From Acidimicrobiia bacterium (GTDB taxonomy: Bacteria > Actinomycetota > Acidimicrobiia > IMCC26256 > PALSA-555): 64,000 nucleotides of DNA. The notes below the pieces were generated by a model, which was not told where the DNA came from, did no database searches, and worked only from the letters and a program-made list of their open reading frames with translations. Below are positions 18,607-27,982 of this stretch, one piece after another. The first letter of the stretch is position 1, and every line of letters begins with the position of its first letter. The position numbers and the translations under genes are program-made. The stretch lies in the NCBI GenBank assembly GCA_035763745.1, contig DASUAO010000054.1, positions 5,373-69,372 on the forward strand, in the 5' to 3' direction.

Positions 18607-20268
18607 ATGGCTTCCCCGGTGCGGATCGTGTTCCTCGGGGGTCTGGGCGAGATCGGGCGGAACTGCTTCTGCCTCGAGGTCGACGGCCGGATCGTGGTCG
18701 TCGACTGCGGGCTGATGTTCCCCGACGCCGACATGCCCGGGGTGGACCTCGTCCTGCCCGACTTCACCTACCTCCGGGACCATGCCGACCAGGTCGACGG
18801 GATCGTGCTCACGCACGGCCACGAGGACCACGTGGGAGGCCTCGCCTACCTCCTCCGGGACGTCCCGGCGCCGATCTACGGCTCGTCGCTGTCGCTCGGG
18901 TTCGCCCGGAAGCGCCTCGACGAGGCCCGGCTCATGGGTTCGACAGAGCTCATCCCGGTCGAGGGCGGCGAGACCCGCCGCATCGGACGGATCGACGCCG
19001 AGTTCATCCCGGTCACCCACTCCGTGCCGCACGCGTTCGCGGTCGCGTACTCGACGCCGGTGGGCACGATCCTGCACACCGGCGACTTCAAGATCGACCT
19101 CACGCCGGTCGACGGACGCCGCACCGACCTGGCCCGCCTCGGCGAGCTGGGGCGGGCCGGGGTCAGGCTGCTGCTCTCGGACTCCACCAACGCCGAGCGG
19201 CCCGGCCACACGGAGTCGGAGTCGCTCGTAGGACCCTCGATCCGCGGGATCCTGCGTGACCATCCCGACCGCCGCTTCGTCGTGGCGTCGTTCGCGTCGC
19301 ACCTCCATCGCGTGCAGCAGGTAGCCGAGGAGGCGGTCGCCGCCGGCCGTCGCGTCGCGTTCCTGGGGCGATCCATGGTCCACAACACGGCGCTCGCTCG
19401 AGAGATGGGGCTGCTGGACCTCCCTGTCGACCGCGTGATCGACATCGAGGACGCGGCGCGCTACGAGCCCGGCGAGGTGTGCGTCATCTGCACCGGCTCG
19501 CAGGGCGAGCCGATGAGTGCGCTGTCACTCATGGCCGCGCGCGAGCACAAGCACGTGAAGATCAGCGCCGACGACGTCGTCGTGATCTCCGCGCACGCGA
19601 TCCCCGGCAACGAGTCGAGCGTGGGGCGCGTCATCGACTCGCTGCACCGCGCGGGCGCGGAGGTGCTCCACGGTGGGGATGCCTCGGTGCACGTGTCGGG
19701 CCACGCATCGCAGGAAGAGCTGAAGTACATGCTCGACATCGTGCAGCCCGAGTGGTTCGTCCCGGTGCACGGCGAGTACCGGCACATGGTCCACCACATG
19801 CGGCTCGCGCTCCAGATGGGCGTGCCCGACGACCGGATCTTCGTCTGTGAGGACGGCGACGCCGTGACGCTCGACGAGAACGGGGCCGATGTCGAACGCC
19901 GGGCGGTGCCCGCCGGATACCAGTACGTCGACGGCAACAGCAGCGACGTGGGCCACGAGGTCCTGCGCGACCGACGGACGCTGGCCGAGGAGGGCTTCGT
20001 CGTCGTGATCGTGACCGTCGATGCCACCACCGGTGAGGTGGTCACGGGACCCGAGATCGTCACCCGCGGCTGGATCCACGCCGACGAGGCCGAGGGGCTG
20101 CTCGACGACGCGCGCGCCGCGGTCACGGCGTCGCTGGCCGAGGCGGCCGCCGAGGGGGCGACCGACTTCGAGACGCTGCGCCGACATACCCGGCGCGCGG
20201 TGGGGCGACTGATCAACCAGCGCACGCGGAGGCGACCGGCGATCATCCCGGTCGTGATGGAAGTCTGA
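18607..20268 (+). CDS. rnj: Ribonuclease J
   Basis: Metallo-beta-lactamase motif LTHGHEDHVGG, beta-CASP region, and SGHASQEEL. Confidence 0.9.
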   Translation: MASPVRIVFLGGLGEIGRNCFCLEVDGRIVVVDCGLMFPDADMPGVDLVLPDFTYLRDHADQVDGIVLTHGHEDHVGGLAYLLRDVPAPIYGSSLSLGFARKRLDEARLMGSTELIPVEGGETRRIGRIDAEFIPVTHSVPHAFAVAYSTPVGTILHTGDFKIDLTPVDGRRTDLARLGELGRAGVRLLLSDSTNAERPGHTESESLVGPSIRGILRDHPDRRFVVASFASHLHRVQQVAEEAVAAGRRVAFLGRSMVHNTALAREMGLLDLPVDRVIDIEDAARYEPGEVCVICTGSQGEPMSALSLMAAREHKHVKISADDVVVISAHAIPGNESSVGRVIDSLHRAGAEVLHGGDASVHVSGHASQEELKYMLDIVQPEWFVPVHGEYRHMVHHMRLALQMGVPDDRIFVCEDGDAVTLDENGADVERRAVPAGYQYVDGNSSDVGHEVLRDRRTLAEEGFVVVIVTVDATTGEVVTGPEIVTRGWIHADEAEGLLDDARAAVTASLAEAAAEGATDFETLRRHTRRAVGRLINQRTRRRPAIIPVVMEV

Positions 20269-20278
20269 GGAGCGGGCG

Positions 20279-21067
20279 GTGATACGCGACTGGTCGAACT
20301 TCATCGGAGGCCGAACCGCAGTGGTGACGGGCTCGGGTGCGGGGGTCGGCCGAGCGATCGCCATGCACATGGCGCGCGCCGGCGCCGAGGTCTGGATCAA
20401 CGACCTCGACCTCGGGCGGGCCGAGTCCGTCTGCGGGGAGATCGCCGAGGAGGGCGGGACCGCGCGGCCGGTCGTGGCGGATGTCTGCGACCCCTTGTCG
20501 GTGCAGGACCTGGTGAAGACGACGGGACCGGTCGACATCCTCGTGAACAACGCCGGGAGCGGCGTCAGGGCGTTCAGCGAGGGCCGCGCCCGGCTCGCGA
20601 CGTTCGCCGAGGCATCGCCCACCGAGTGGGAGTCGGTGATGCGCGTCAACCTCACCGGCGTGCTGCACGTGACGCACTCCTACTTGCCGGCGATGATCGA
20701 GCGGAAGTGGGGGCGCATCCTCACGATCGTCTCCGACGCCGGCCGCAAGGGTGAGCGACTCCAGGTCGTCTACGGCGCCGCGAAGGCGGCGGCCATGGGC
20801 TTCGCCCGTGGGCTCGCGGCCGAGGTGGGGCGCGACGGCGTCACGGTGAACTGCATCTCGCTCGGCTCGATGATGCACGGCGCGATGGCCGATGCCGCCG
20901 AAGCCGACCCGGGGTTCGAGCCGAGGATGTCCCGGCCGTACCCGGTCGGGCGCCTCGGCCGGGTCGACGATCCCGCACCGCTCGCCGTCCTGCTGTGCAG
21001 CGACGCCGCGGAGTGGATCACCGGCCAGGTGTATCCCGTCGACGGGGGATACGTCCCCGCGCTCTGA
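20279..21067 (+). CDS. SDR family oxidoreductase
   Basis: VVTGSGAGVGRAIA cofactor motif and YGAAKAA catalytic motif. Confidence 0.8.
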   Translation: MIRDWSNFIGGRTAVVTGSGAGVGRAIAMHMARAGAEVWINDLDLGRAESVCGEIAEEGGTARPVVADVCDPLSVQDLVKTTGPVDILVNNAGSGVRAFSEGRARLATFAEASPTEWESVMRVNLTGVLHVTHSYLPAMIERKWGRILTIVSDAGRKGERLQVVYGAAKAAAMGFARGLAAEVGRDGVTVNCISLGSMMHGAMADAAEADPGFEPRMSRPYPVGRLGRVDDPAPLAVLLCSDAAEWITGQVYPVDGGYVPAL

Positions 21068-21113
21068 GCGGGTATGCGGCTGTGGCGGGTGTGGCCAGTG
21101 TTACCGTTGCCCG

Positions 21114-23621
21114 ATGGCCACTCGCACGTCGGCGCGCCGCGCTCCCGCCCGCTCCAAGGGCTCCACGTCCGGTCGCGCCGGCACGCGCAAGGCCTCGGGG
21201 TCCCGGCGGCCGGCGAAGAAGGGCGGTCGCGCCGCCCCCGCACCCACCCGGACCGAGCGAGCCCGCGCCGCGGCCCGGCGGGAGCTCGCGGGGCACACCG
21301 CCGACGCCACCGCCGTCGGCCTGATCGTTCTCGGAGCCCTCACGACGCTCGGCCTGGTCTCCGACCTCGCCGGACCGGTCGGCTCCGGGCTCGCCGACGG
21401 CTTCGGTGCCATGATCGGGCGGGCGCGGTTCACCGTCCCGCTCGTCTGCCTCTTCTTCGCGATCCTCCTCTTCCGTCAGCGACCCGCGGCGCGCCGGGCT
21501 CTCGAGGCCGAGGAGGCCGGCGAGGACAGCCCACCCGAGCCCGCGCCGCTCCGGGTCGCGATCGGTGTCGGGCTGATCGGGCTCGCAGCCGTCGGCGCCC
21601 TGCACCTCGTCTTCGATCGCCCGGCGGTCGACGGGTCGCTCGACCGCCTCCGCGACGCGGGCGGGGTGATCGGCGCCGCGATCGGTGGACCGCTCGCCGC
21701 TGCTGCCGGCACCGTCGGCGCCGGGATCGTGCTCGGGGGCCTGTTCGTGCTCGGTGCGCTGCTCGCGCCCGGCGTCCCGATGCGCGACGTCGTCGGCATG
21801 TTCGGCCGCGGGGCGCGCTCGGCCGGGGGTCGCCTCGGTGCGCGCGCCCGCCGGTTCGGCGACCTCAGCGACGGCGCACCCCGGCCGAGGCCCGACGACG
21901 AGATCGACCTCACCGCGCCGATCCCACCGGTCTACGACGAGTCGTTGCCCCCTGAGGAGCCGGTCGTCGCCGACGGCGCCTTCACCGCCGACGAGCCCGA
22001 CCTGCCCCACGTGACGCTCTACGACGTCGAGGCGGATGCCGCGCCCGACCCGGACGTCGCCATGCACGCCCCGACGCCGGTCCCCACCGTGGTCGAGGAC
22101 GACGGGCAGGTCGCACTCGACCTCGGGGCCCGATCGGGTCGCCGCGGCGGGTGGAAGCTCCCGCCGAAGAACCTCCTCAAGAAGGGCGACGCCAAGCCCA
22201 CCGACCGCCGCCTCGTCGAAGAGGGCGGCAAGGTGCTGGCCGAGGCGCTCCGCGAACACGGCGTCGACGCCAAGCTCATCGGCATGACGGTGGGCCCGAC
22301 CGTCACCCGCTACGAGCTGGAGCTCGCACCGGGCGTGAAGGTGAACCGCGTGACCGGGCTGAGCCACGACATCGCGTACGCGATGGCGTCGGCCGACGTG
22401 CGCATCCTCGCCCCGATCCCCGGTCGCTCCGCGATCGGCGTCGAGGTGCCGAACAAGACCCGACAGCTCGTGACCCTCGGCGACATCCTCACCTCGCCCG
22501 AGGCCAAGGCCGCCACCCAGCCGCTCGAGGTGGGGCTCGGCCGCGACATCGCCGGGCGCGCCGTGATGCTCGACCTGGCCACGCTGCCGCACGTGCTGAT
22601 CGCCGGCGCCACCGGCGCCGGCAAGTCGAGCTGCATCAACTCGCTCGTGACGTCGTTGCTCATGCGCAACACGCCCGACCAGGTGCGCCTCATCCTCGTC
22701 GACCCCAAGCGGGTCGAGCTCGGCGCGTACAACGACCTGCCGCACCTGTTGACGCCGGTCGTCACCAATCCGAAGAAGGCCGCGAACGCGCTCGACTGGG
22801 CCGTGCGCGAGATGGACATGCGCTACGAGGCGCTCGCCGAGGTCGGCGTGCGCGACATCACCGGCTACAACGCCGCGTACGACCGCGGCGAGCTGCCGTC
22901 GCCCGAGGAGCCGGATCCGCTCACGGGCAAGGGCTACGAGCGGCTGCCCCACATCGTCATCGTCGTCGACGAGCTCAACGACCTGATGATGGTCGCCGCG
23001 CGCGATGTCGAGGCGAGCGTGTGTCGAATCGCGCAGATGGCCCGCGCGGTCGGCATCCACCTCGTGATCGCGACGCAGCGGCCGTCGGTCGACGTCATCA
23101 CCGGCGTCATCAAGGCCAACGTGCCGAGCCGGCTCGCGTTCAGCGTGTCGAGCCTGGCCGACTCGCGCGTGATCCTCGACCAGGCGGGCGCCGAGAAGCT
23201 CATCGGCCAGGGCGACCTGCTCGCACTCACCGCCAGCTCGAGCCGGGCCCAGCGGATCCAGGGCGCGTGGGTCGACGAAGCGTGCGTGCGCAAGGTCGCG
23301 GCGCACTGGAAGCGCCAGGCGGGCGAGGTCACCTACGTCGAGGGGATCGCGGAGGAGACCCCGCAGTCCGGGGGGCGCGGCTCCGACGACACCGACGACG
23401 ATCCGCTCCTCGTCGAGGCAATGGAGCTGGTCGTGCGGGGCGGCCTCGGCTCCACGTCGATGCTCCAGCGCAAGCTGCGGGTCGGCTTCTCGCGCGCCGG
23501 GCGGCTCATGGACCTGCTCGAGCGCAAGGGTGTCGTCGGTCCCTCCACCGGCTCCAAGGCCCGCGACGTGCTGATGACCGTCGAGGAGTTCGAGGGCATG
23601 GAGGCCCGCGGCGCCGACTGA
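21114..23621 (+). CDS. ftsK: DNA translocase FtsK
   Basis: ATG at 21114. Arg-rich N-terminus, TM segments, Walker A IAGATGAGKSSCINSL, and the gamma winged helix STSMLQRKLRVGFSRAGRLMDLLE. Confidence 0.9.
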   Translation: MATRTSARRAPARSKGSTSGRAGTRKASGSRRPAKKGGRAAPAPTRTERARAAARRELAGHTADATAVGLIVLGALTTLGLVSDLAGPVGSGLADGFGAMIGRARFTVPLVCLFFAILLFRQRPAARRALEAEEAGEDSPPEPAPLRVAIGVGLIGLAAVGALHLVFDRPAVDGSLDRLRDAGGVIGAAIGGPLAAAAGTVGAGIVLGGLFVLGALLAPGVPMRDVVGMFGRGARSAGGRLGARARRFGDLSDGAPRPRPDDEIDLTAPIPPVYDESLPPEEPVVADGAFTADEPDLPHVTLYDVEADAAPDPDVAMHAPTPVPTVVEDDGQVALDLGARSGRRGGWKLPPKNLLKKGDAKPTDRRLVEEGGKVLAEALREHGVDAKLIGMTVGPTVTRYELELAPGVKVNRVTGLSHDIAYAMASADVRILAPIPGRSAIGVEVPNKTRQLVTLGDILTSPEAKAATQPLEVGLGRDIAGRAVMLDLATLPHVLIAGATGAGKSSCINSLVTSLLMRNTPDQVRLILVDPKRVELGAYNDLPHLLTPVVTNPKKAANALDWAVREMDMRYEALAEVGVRDITGYNAAYDRGELPSPEEPDPLTGKGYERLPHIVIVVDELNDLMMVAARDVEASVCRIAQMARAVGIHLVIATQRPSVDVITGVIKANVPSRLAFSVSSLADSRVILDQAGAEKLIGQGDLLALTASSSRAQRIQGAWVDEACVRKVAAHWKRQAGEVTYVEGIAEETPQSGGRGSDDTDDDPLLVEAMELVVRGGLGSTSMLQRKLRVGFSRAGRLMDLLERKGVVGPSTGSKARDVLMTVEEFEGMEARGAD

Positions 23622-23711
23622 CCGGGCGTGTGCTCCGCATGTCCGAGTTCGTGGGCCGGTGCCGGGCGGCGCTCGGCGTCCGGAGAGCGAAGGCGCCAGT
23701 AGCATCGACGG

Positions 23712-25085
23712 ATGCCCGCGGTCGATCGGCCCACTCGCGCCGCCCCCGATCGCGCCGCGACGGGCACCTTCTGGGTCGAGACGCTGGGCTGTCCGAAGAA
23801 CGAGGTCGACTCCGACAAGATCGTCGCGTCCCTGCTCGGCGACGGGCTGGTCCCGGCATCCTCCAGCGAGGACGCCGATCTCGTCGTGGTGAACACGTGC
23901 GCGTTCGTCGAGGCCGCCCGTCAGGAGTCGGTGGAGACCGTGCTCGACCTGTCGGGGCGCCGCCGGGCCGACGCACGGGTCGTCGTCACCGGCTGCATGG
24001 CCGAGCGCTACGGGGCCGAGCTGGCCGAGGCGCTGCCCGAGGTCGACGCCGTCGTCGGGTTCGCGGGTGAGGGCGCGCTCTCGCAGTACGCACCGGTCGA
24101 GATGTTGGCCGGCCGCAAGCCGGTCGGCGTCCGCGACCTGCTCGAGATCGAGCGGAGCGTGCGGAGTGCCCCCTGGGCGTACCTCAAGGTCGCAGAGGGC
24201 TGCGACCGGGCGTGCGCGTTCTGTGCGATCCCGTCGTTCCGGGGCGCCCAACGCTCGCGCAGCGACGACGCCATCGTGGCCGAGGCCCGCGCGCTGGTGC
24301 ACGGCGGTGCCGCCGAGCTCGTGCTCGTCGCCCAGGACATCGCCTGGTACGGACGCGACATCGGGACGCCGGGCGGGCTGGCCTCGCTGCTGCGCCGCCT
24401 CGACCGTGAGCTCGCACGCGAGGGCCTCGCGCGCATCCGGCTGCTCTACCTCTACCCGAGCGAGGTGAAGGGCACGCTCCTCGACGCGATCCTCGAGGTG
24501 CCGAGTGTCGTCCCGTACTTCGACCTGTCGTTGCAGCACGCCGACCGCGCGCTCCTCGCGCGCATGAAGCGCTGGGGAAGTGGTGACCGGTTCCGGTCGA
24601 TCATCTCCGACATCCGCGAGCGTGCACCGGAGGCCACGTTCCGGTCCTCGTTCATCGTCGGCTTCCCCGGTGAGACGGAGGCCGCGCACGACACCCTCCT
24701 CGAGTTCCTCGCCGACGCCGCACTCGACTGGGCCGGCTTCTTCCCGTTCTCGCCCGAGCAAGGCACACCCGCCTCCGACCTCGACGGCGGCGTCCCCGGC
24801 CACGTCATGGGCGAGTGGATCCGCGAGTGCGACGAGCTCCAGTCACGGATCACCGCGGCCGCACGCGACGCGCTCGTCGCGGCCGGCACCGAGGTCGAGG
24901 TGCTCGTCGACGGGGTGGGGGAGCACGGCGACGCTCACGGGCGGACGCACCGCGAGGCCCCCGAGATCGACGGTGTCGTCCACCTCGAGGGCGCCCAGGC
25001 CCGCCCCGGCTCGATCGTGCGCGCGAAGGTCGTCGGTGCCACGGGGACGGACCTCACCGCCACCCCGATCGAGGTGCTGCGATGA
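23712..25085 (+). CDS. rimO: Ribosomal protein S12 methylthiotransferase
   Basis: FWVETLGCPKNEVDSD, the radical SAM motif CDRACAFCAIP, and a C-terminal TRAM domain. Confidence 0.85.
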   Translation: MPAVDRPTRAAPDRAATGTFWVETLGCPKNEVDSDKIVASLLGDGLVPASSSEDADLVVVNTCAFVEAARQESVETVLDLSGRRRADARVVVTGCMAERYGAELAEALPEVDAVVGFAGEGALSQYAPVEMLAGRKPVGVRDLLEIERSVRSAPWAYLKVAEGCDRACAFCAIPSFRGAQRSRSDDAIVAEARALVHGGAAELVLVAQDIAWYGRDIGTPGGLASLLRRLDRELAREGLARIRLLYLYPSEVKGTLLDAILEVPSVVPYFDLSLQHADRALLARMKRWGSGDRFRSIISDIRERAPEATFRSSFIVGFPGETEAAHDTLLEFLADAALDWAGFFPFSPEQGTPASDLDGGVPGHVMGEWIRECDELQSRITAAARDALVAAGTEVEVLVDGVGEHGDAHGRTHREAPEIDGVVHLEGAQARPGSIVRAKVVGATGTDLTATPIEVLR

Positions 25086-25666
25086 CCTCGCCGACCCGGA
25101 TCCCGGCGGCCGAGCGGATCAAGCGCTACACCGAGTCGGCGATCGTCACCCGGGCCAACGTCGTGACCATCGCCCGCCTGGTGCTGACGCTGCCGGTGCT
25201 CGTCCTCATGCTCGAGGACGGGTCGACCTGGTTCACCTGGGGTGGTTGGTTCTTCCTGTCGGTCACCGACGGGCTCGACGGGTGGATCGCCCGCCGCGAC
25301 GGCACGACCCGCTCCGGCGCGTTCCTCGACCCGATCGCCGACAAGTTCCTCGTGCTCGGCGGGTTCGTGGTGCTCGCCATCAACGACGACTTCTCCTGGG
25401 TGCCGGTGATCCTCGTGATCGCGCGGGAGGTCGGGATCTCCGTGTACCGGTCGTTCGCCGGTCGCCGTGGCATCTCGCTCCCGGCCCGCCAGCTGGGGAA
25501 GTGGAAGGCCGTCGTCCAGTTCTTCGCCGTCGGCTTCGTGCTCTTCCCGCCGACGGCCGACGCGATGACGTTCCACCTCGTCATGGTGTGGTCGGCGGTC
25601 GCGATCTCGCTCGTGTCGGCACTCGACATCGTGCGTCGCGGCTGGGTCGAGACCCGGGTCGCGTGA
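25082..25666 (+). CDS. pgsA: CDP-diacylglycerol-glycerol-3-phosphate 3-phosphatidyltransferase
   Basis: The ATG overlaps the rimO stop (ATGA). CDP-alcohol phosphatidyltransferase motif DGLDGWIARR...GAFLDPIADK. Confidence 0.85.
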   Translation: MTSPTRIPAAERIKRYTESAIVTRANVVTIARLVLTLPVLVLMLEDGSTWFTWGGWFFLSVTDGLDGWIARRDGTTRSGAFLDPIADKFLVLGGFVVLAINDDFSWVPVILVIAREVGISVYRSFAGRRGISLPARQLGKWKAVVQFFAVGFVLFPPTADAMTFHLVMVWSAVAISLVSALDIVRRGWVETRVA

Positions 25667-25707
25667 TGAGGTCGGTCGCGTGATACGGATCGTCTGATGG
25701 GAGTGCG

Positions 25708-26952
25708 ATGAGAGCAGACGTCCTCGCGATCGGGACCGAGCTGCTGCTCGGGCAGATCGTCGACAGCAACAGCGCGTGGATCGGCGAGCAGCTGGCGTCC
25801 GCGGGGATCGACACCTACGACCACCGCAAGGTCGGTGACAACCAGGACCGGATGGTCGCCGCGATGCGCGACCTCCTGCGCGAGGCCGACGCGCTGGTCG
25901 TCTGTGGCGGGCTCGGTCCGACCCAGGACGACGTCACCCGCGACGCGATCGCCGAGCTCATGGGCGTCGAGCTCGAGCGCCGCGAGGACCTCGTCGAGCA
26001 GATCGCCGCGATGTTCGGCGTGCGCGGCCGCGACATGCCGGCGAACAACCTCCGCCAGGCCGATGTCCCCGTCGGCGGTGACGCGATCCCGAACCCGATC
26101 GGCACCGCACCGGGCCTGCGGTGCGAGGTCACCGTGGACGGCCACCAGCGCGTCGTGTACGCGGTGCCGGGCGTCCCGTACGAGATGCAGCAGATGGTGC
26201 GTGACCACGTGCTCCCCGGCCTCCTCGAGCAGTCGGGGGAGCGAGCGGTGATCGTGAGCCGGTCGCTGAAGACATGGGGCACGTCGGAGTCCGGCCTCGC
26301 CGAGATGATCGCCCATCGGGTCGACGGCCAGTCCAACCCCACGATCGCGTTCCTGGCGCGGGGGATCGAGGGTCTGTACGTGCGCCTCACCGCGAAGGGC
26401 GCCGACGAGGCCGCGGCCCGGGCGCTGATCCAGGCCGAAGAGGCCGAGCTGCGCTCGATCCTCGGCGACCTCGTGTTCGCGGTCGACGACGAGACGATGG
26501 AGTCGAACGTCCTCGCCGCGTGCGAGGCGCGGGGCTGGACGCTGGGTGTGGCGGAGTCGCTCACCGGGGGCCTCGTCGGTGCCCGGCTCGCCAACGTCCC
26601 GGGCGCGAGTCGCACGTTCCGGGGCTCGATCGCGTCCTACGCGACCGAGGTGAAGCGCGACGTGCTCGGGGTCGACGCCGAGCACGTCGTCTCCGAGGAG
26701 TGTGCGATCCAGATGGCCGAAGGTGCCCAGCAGGTGCTCGGCGCGGACGTCGGGATCTCGTGCACCGGCGTGGCCGGTCCCGACGAGCAGGACGGTCAGC
26801 CGGTCGGCACGGTCTGGTTCGGGATCGCAGTGCCGGGGCATCCCACGCACGCCATGTCGACCCGCCTGCCCGGTGACCGGGAGCGCATCCGCCAGTTCTC
26901 GACGATCTCGCTCGTCAACCTGCTTCGTCTGCGCCTCGACTCCCTGGCGTGA
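25708..26952 (+). CDS. cinA: CinA family protein (competence/damage-inducible, nicotinamide-nucleotide amidohydrolase domain)
   Basis: MoCF-like N-terminus (VLAIGTELLLGQIVDSNSAWI) and a C-terminal PncC-like domain (ESLTGGLVGARL). Confidence 0.85.
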   Translation: MRADVLAIGTELLLGQIVDSNSAWIGEQLASAGIDTYDHRKVGDNQDRMVAAMRDLLREADALVVCGGLGPTQDDVTRDAIAELMGVELERREDLVEQIAAMFGVRGRDMPANNLRQADVPVGGDAIPNPIGTAPGLRCEVTVDGHQRVVYAVPGVPYEMQQMVRDHVLPGLLEQSGERAVIVSRSLKTWGTSESGLAEMIAHRVDGQSNPTIAFLARGIEGLYVRLTAKGADEAAARALIQAEEAELRSILGDLVFAVDDETMESNVLAACEARGWTLGVAESLTGGLVGARLANVPGASRTFRGSIASYATEVKRDVLGVDAEHVVSEECAIQMAEGAQQVLGADVGISCTGVAGPDEQDGQPVGTVWFGIAVPGHPTHAMSTRLPGDRERIRQFSTISLVNLLRLRLDSLA

Positions 26953-27515
26953 GCCCGAAAGGTCGCGCGTTCGTCGCGGTCGTGCCACCCGCGGCGGTGC
27001 TCGACGGCATCGAGGAGGCCCTCGCGCCCGTCGAGCACCTCGTGCCGGCTGCACGCTGGACCACGCGCGCGCAGCGGCACGTCACCCTGCGATACCTCGG
27101 GACACGCGTCGACCTCGAGGCGGTCGCCGGTGCGCTCGGAGGGCTCGCAGTGGCGGGCGGGGACGTCCGCCTCCGCGGCGGTGGCGGGTTCCCCGACGAG
27201 CGGCGGGGGAGCGTCCTGTGGGCCGGGGTCCCGGAAGGCGCGGGATTGCTCGGGCGTCTCGCCGGGGCCGTGGGCGAGCTCCTCACGCCGCTCGGCCACG
27301 AGCCCGACGGGCGCGGGTTCCACCCGCACCTCACGCTGGCCCGGCTCCGAACCCCCGGCGACCTGCGTGCCGCGATCGCCGCGCTCGGCCAGCGCGAGCT
27401 CGGCCCGGCGTGGCACGTCGAGGAGGTGGTCCTGTTCCGGAGCGAGACCCGTCCGGAGGGCGCCCGCTACGAGGCGGTCGCCCGGATCCCGACCCCGCCC
27501 CCGGCCGGCTCCTGA
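26949..27515 (+). CDS. thpR: RNA 2',3'-cyclic phosphodiesterase (2H / LigT family)
   Basis: Two HxTx motifs: HVTLRYLG and HPHLTLAR. Overlaps cinA by 4 nt. Confidence 0.8.
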   Translation: MSPKGRAFVAVVPPAAVLDGIEEALAPVEHLVPAARWTTRAQRHVTLRYLGTRVDLEAVAGALGGLAVAGGDVRLRGGGGFPDERRGSVLWAGVPEGAGLLGRLAGAVGELLTPLGHEPDGRGFHPHLTLARLRTPGDLRAAIAALGQRELGPAWHVEEVVLFRSETRPEGARYEAVARIPTPPPAGS

Positions 27516-27560
27516 GGGCGGGTGCCGCGCCGAGGTCCGGTGGGCCCGGTCCGGGTGCGG

Positions 27561-27773
27561 CTACTGGAACGGGCGGCTGCCGAGCTTGCGGCCCGGGGCC
27601 CACCGGCTCGGCTTCTTCGGGGCCTTGGGCTCCTTGAAGCGGGGCGTGACCTCGTCCTTGCTGCGGGCCAGCGCCTCCTCTGACCGGACGTTCGGCGACC
27701 GGACGTTCGGCGACCGGACGTTCGGCGTGCTCGGGGCGTCGGGGGTCGGTTCCACTGGTTCCTCATCGGCCAT
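27561..27773 (-). CDS. Small hypothetical protein (70 aa) with PNVRS x3 repeat and basic C-terminus
   Basis: The ATG ORF has about 93% G/C at codon position 3 by direct count. It is divergent from recA, with the recA LexA box 35 nt upstream of its ATG. No family recognised. Confidence 0.5.
   Translation of the reverse strand: MADEEPVEPTPDAPSTPNVRSPNVRSPNVRSEEALARSKDEVTPRFKEPKAPKKPSRWAPGRKLGSRPFQ
27682..27726. repeat. Perfect 15-bp tandem repeat GACCGGACGTTCGGC x3
   Basis: Read directly at 27682-96, 27697-711 and 27712-26. It lies inside the small minus-strand ORF and encodes PNVRS x3. Confidence 0.95.
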
Positions 27774-27800
27774 CCCCGAGAGCCTAGTGGCCTGTGGTGC

Positions 27801-27829
27801 TTGACCCCGAACGGGTGTTCGTCTAGCGT
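27801..27829 (+). promoter_or_regulatory. Candidate recA promoter TTGACC-N17-TAGCGT with the LexA box in the spacer
   Basis: -35 at 27801-06 and -10 (TANNNT type) at 27824-29. The SOS box at 27808-21 lies between them. Confidence 0.5.
27808..27821. promoter_or_regulatory. LexA (SOS) box CGAACgggtGTTCG
   Basis: Perfect match to the actinobacterial/Gram-positive core GAAC-N4-GTTC, 160 nt upstream of the recA start. Confidence 0.8.
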
Positions 27830-27982
27830 CTCACAGACGTGGAGTTCCACGTGTGTGATCCACCGCTCCGGACCCCCGCGCAGGAAGGCCCGGCGTGACT
27901 GTCACACCCCCGCCGTAGGTTGCCGGTCAGCACCAGCGAGCAACTTCCCCCAACCGAGAACGAAGCCCTCAGGAGGGTCCCC

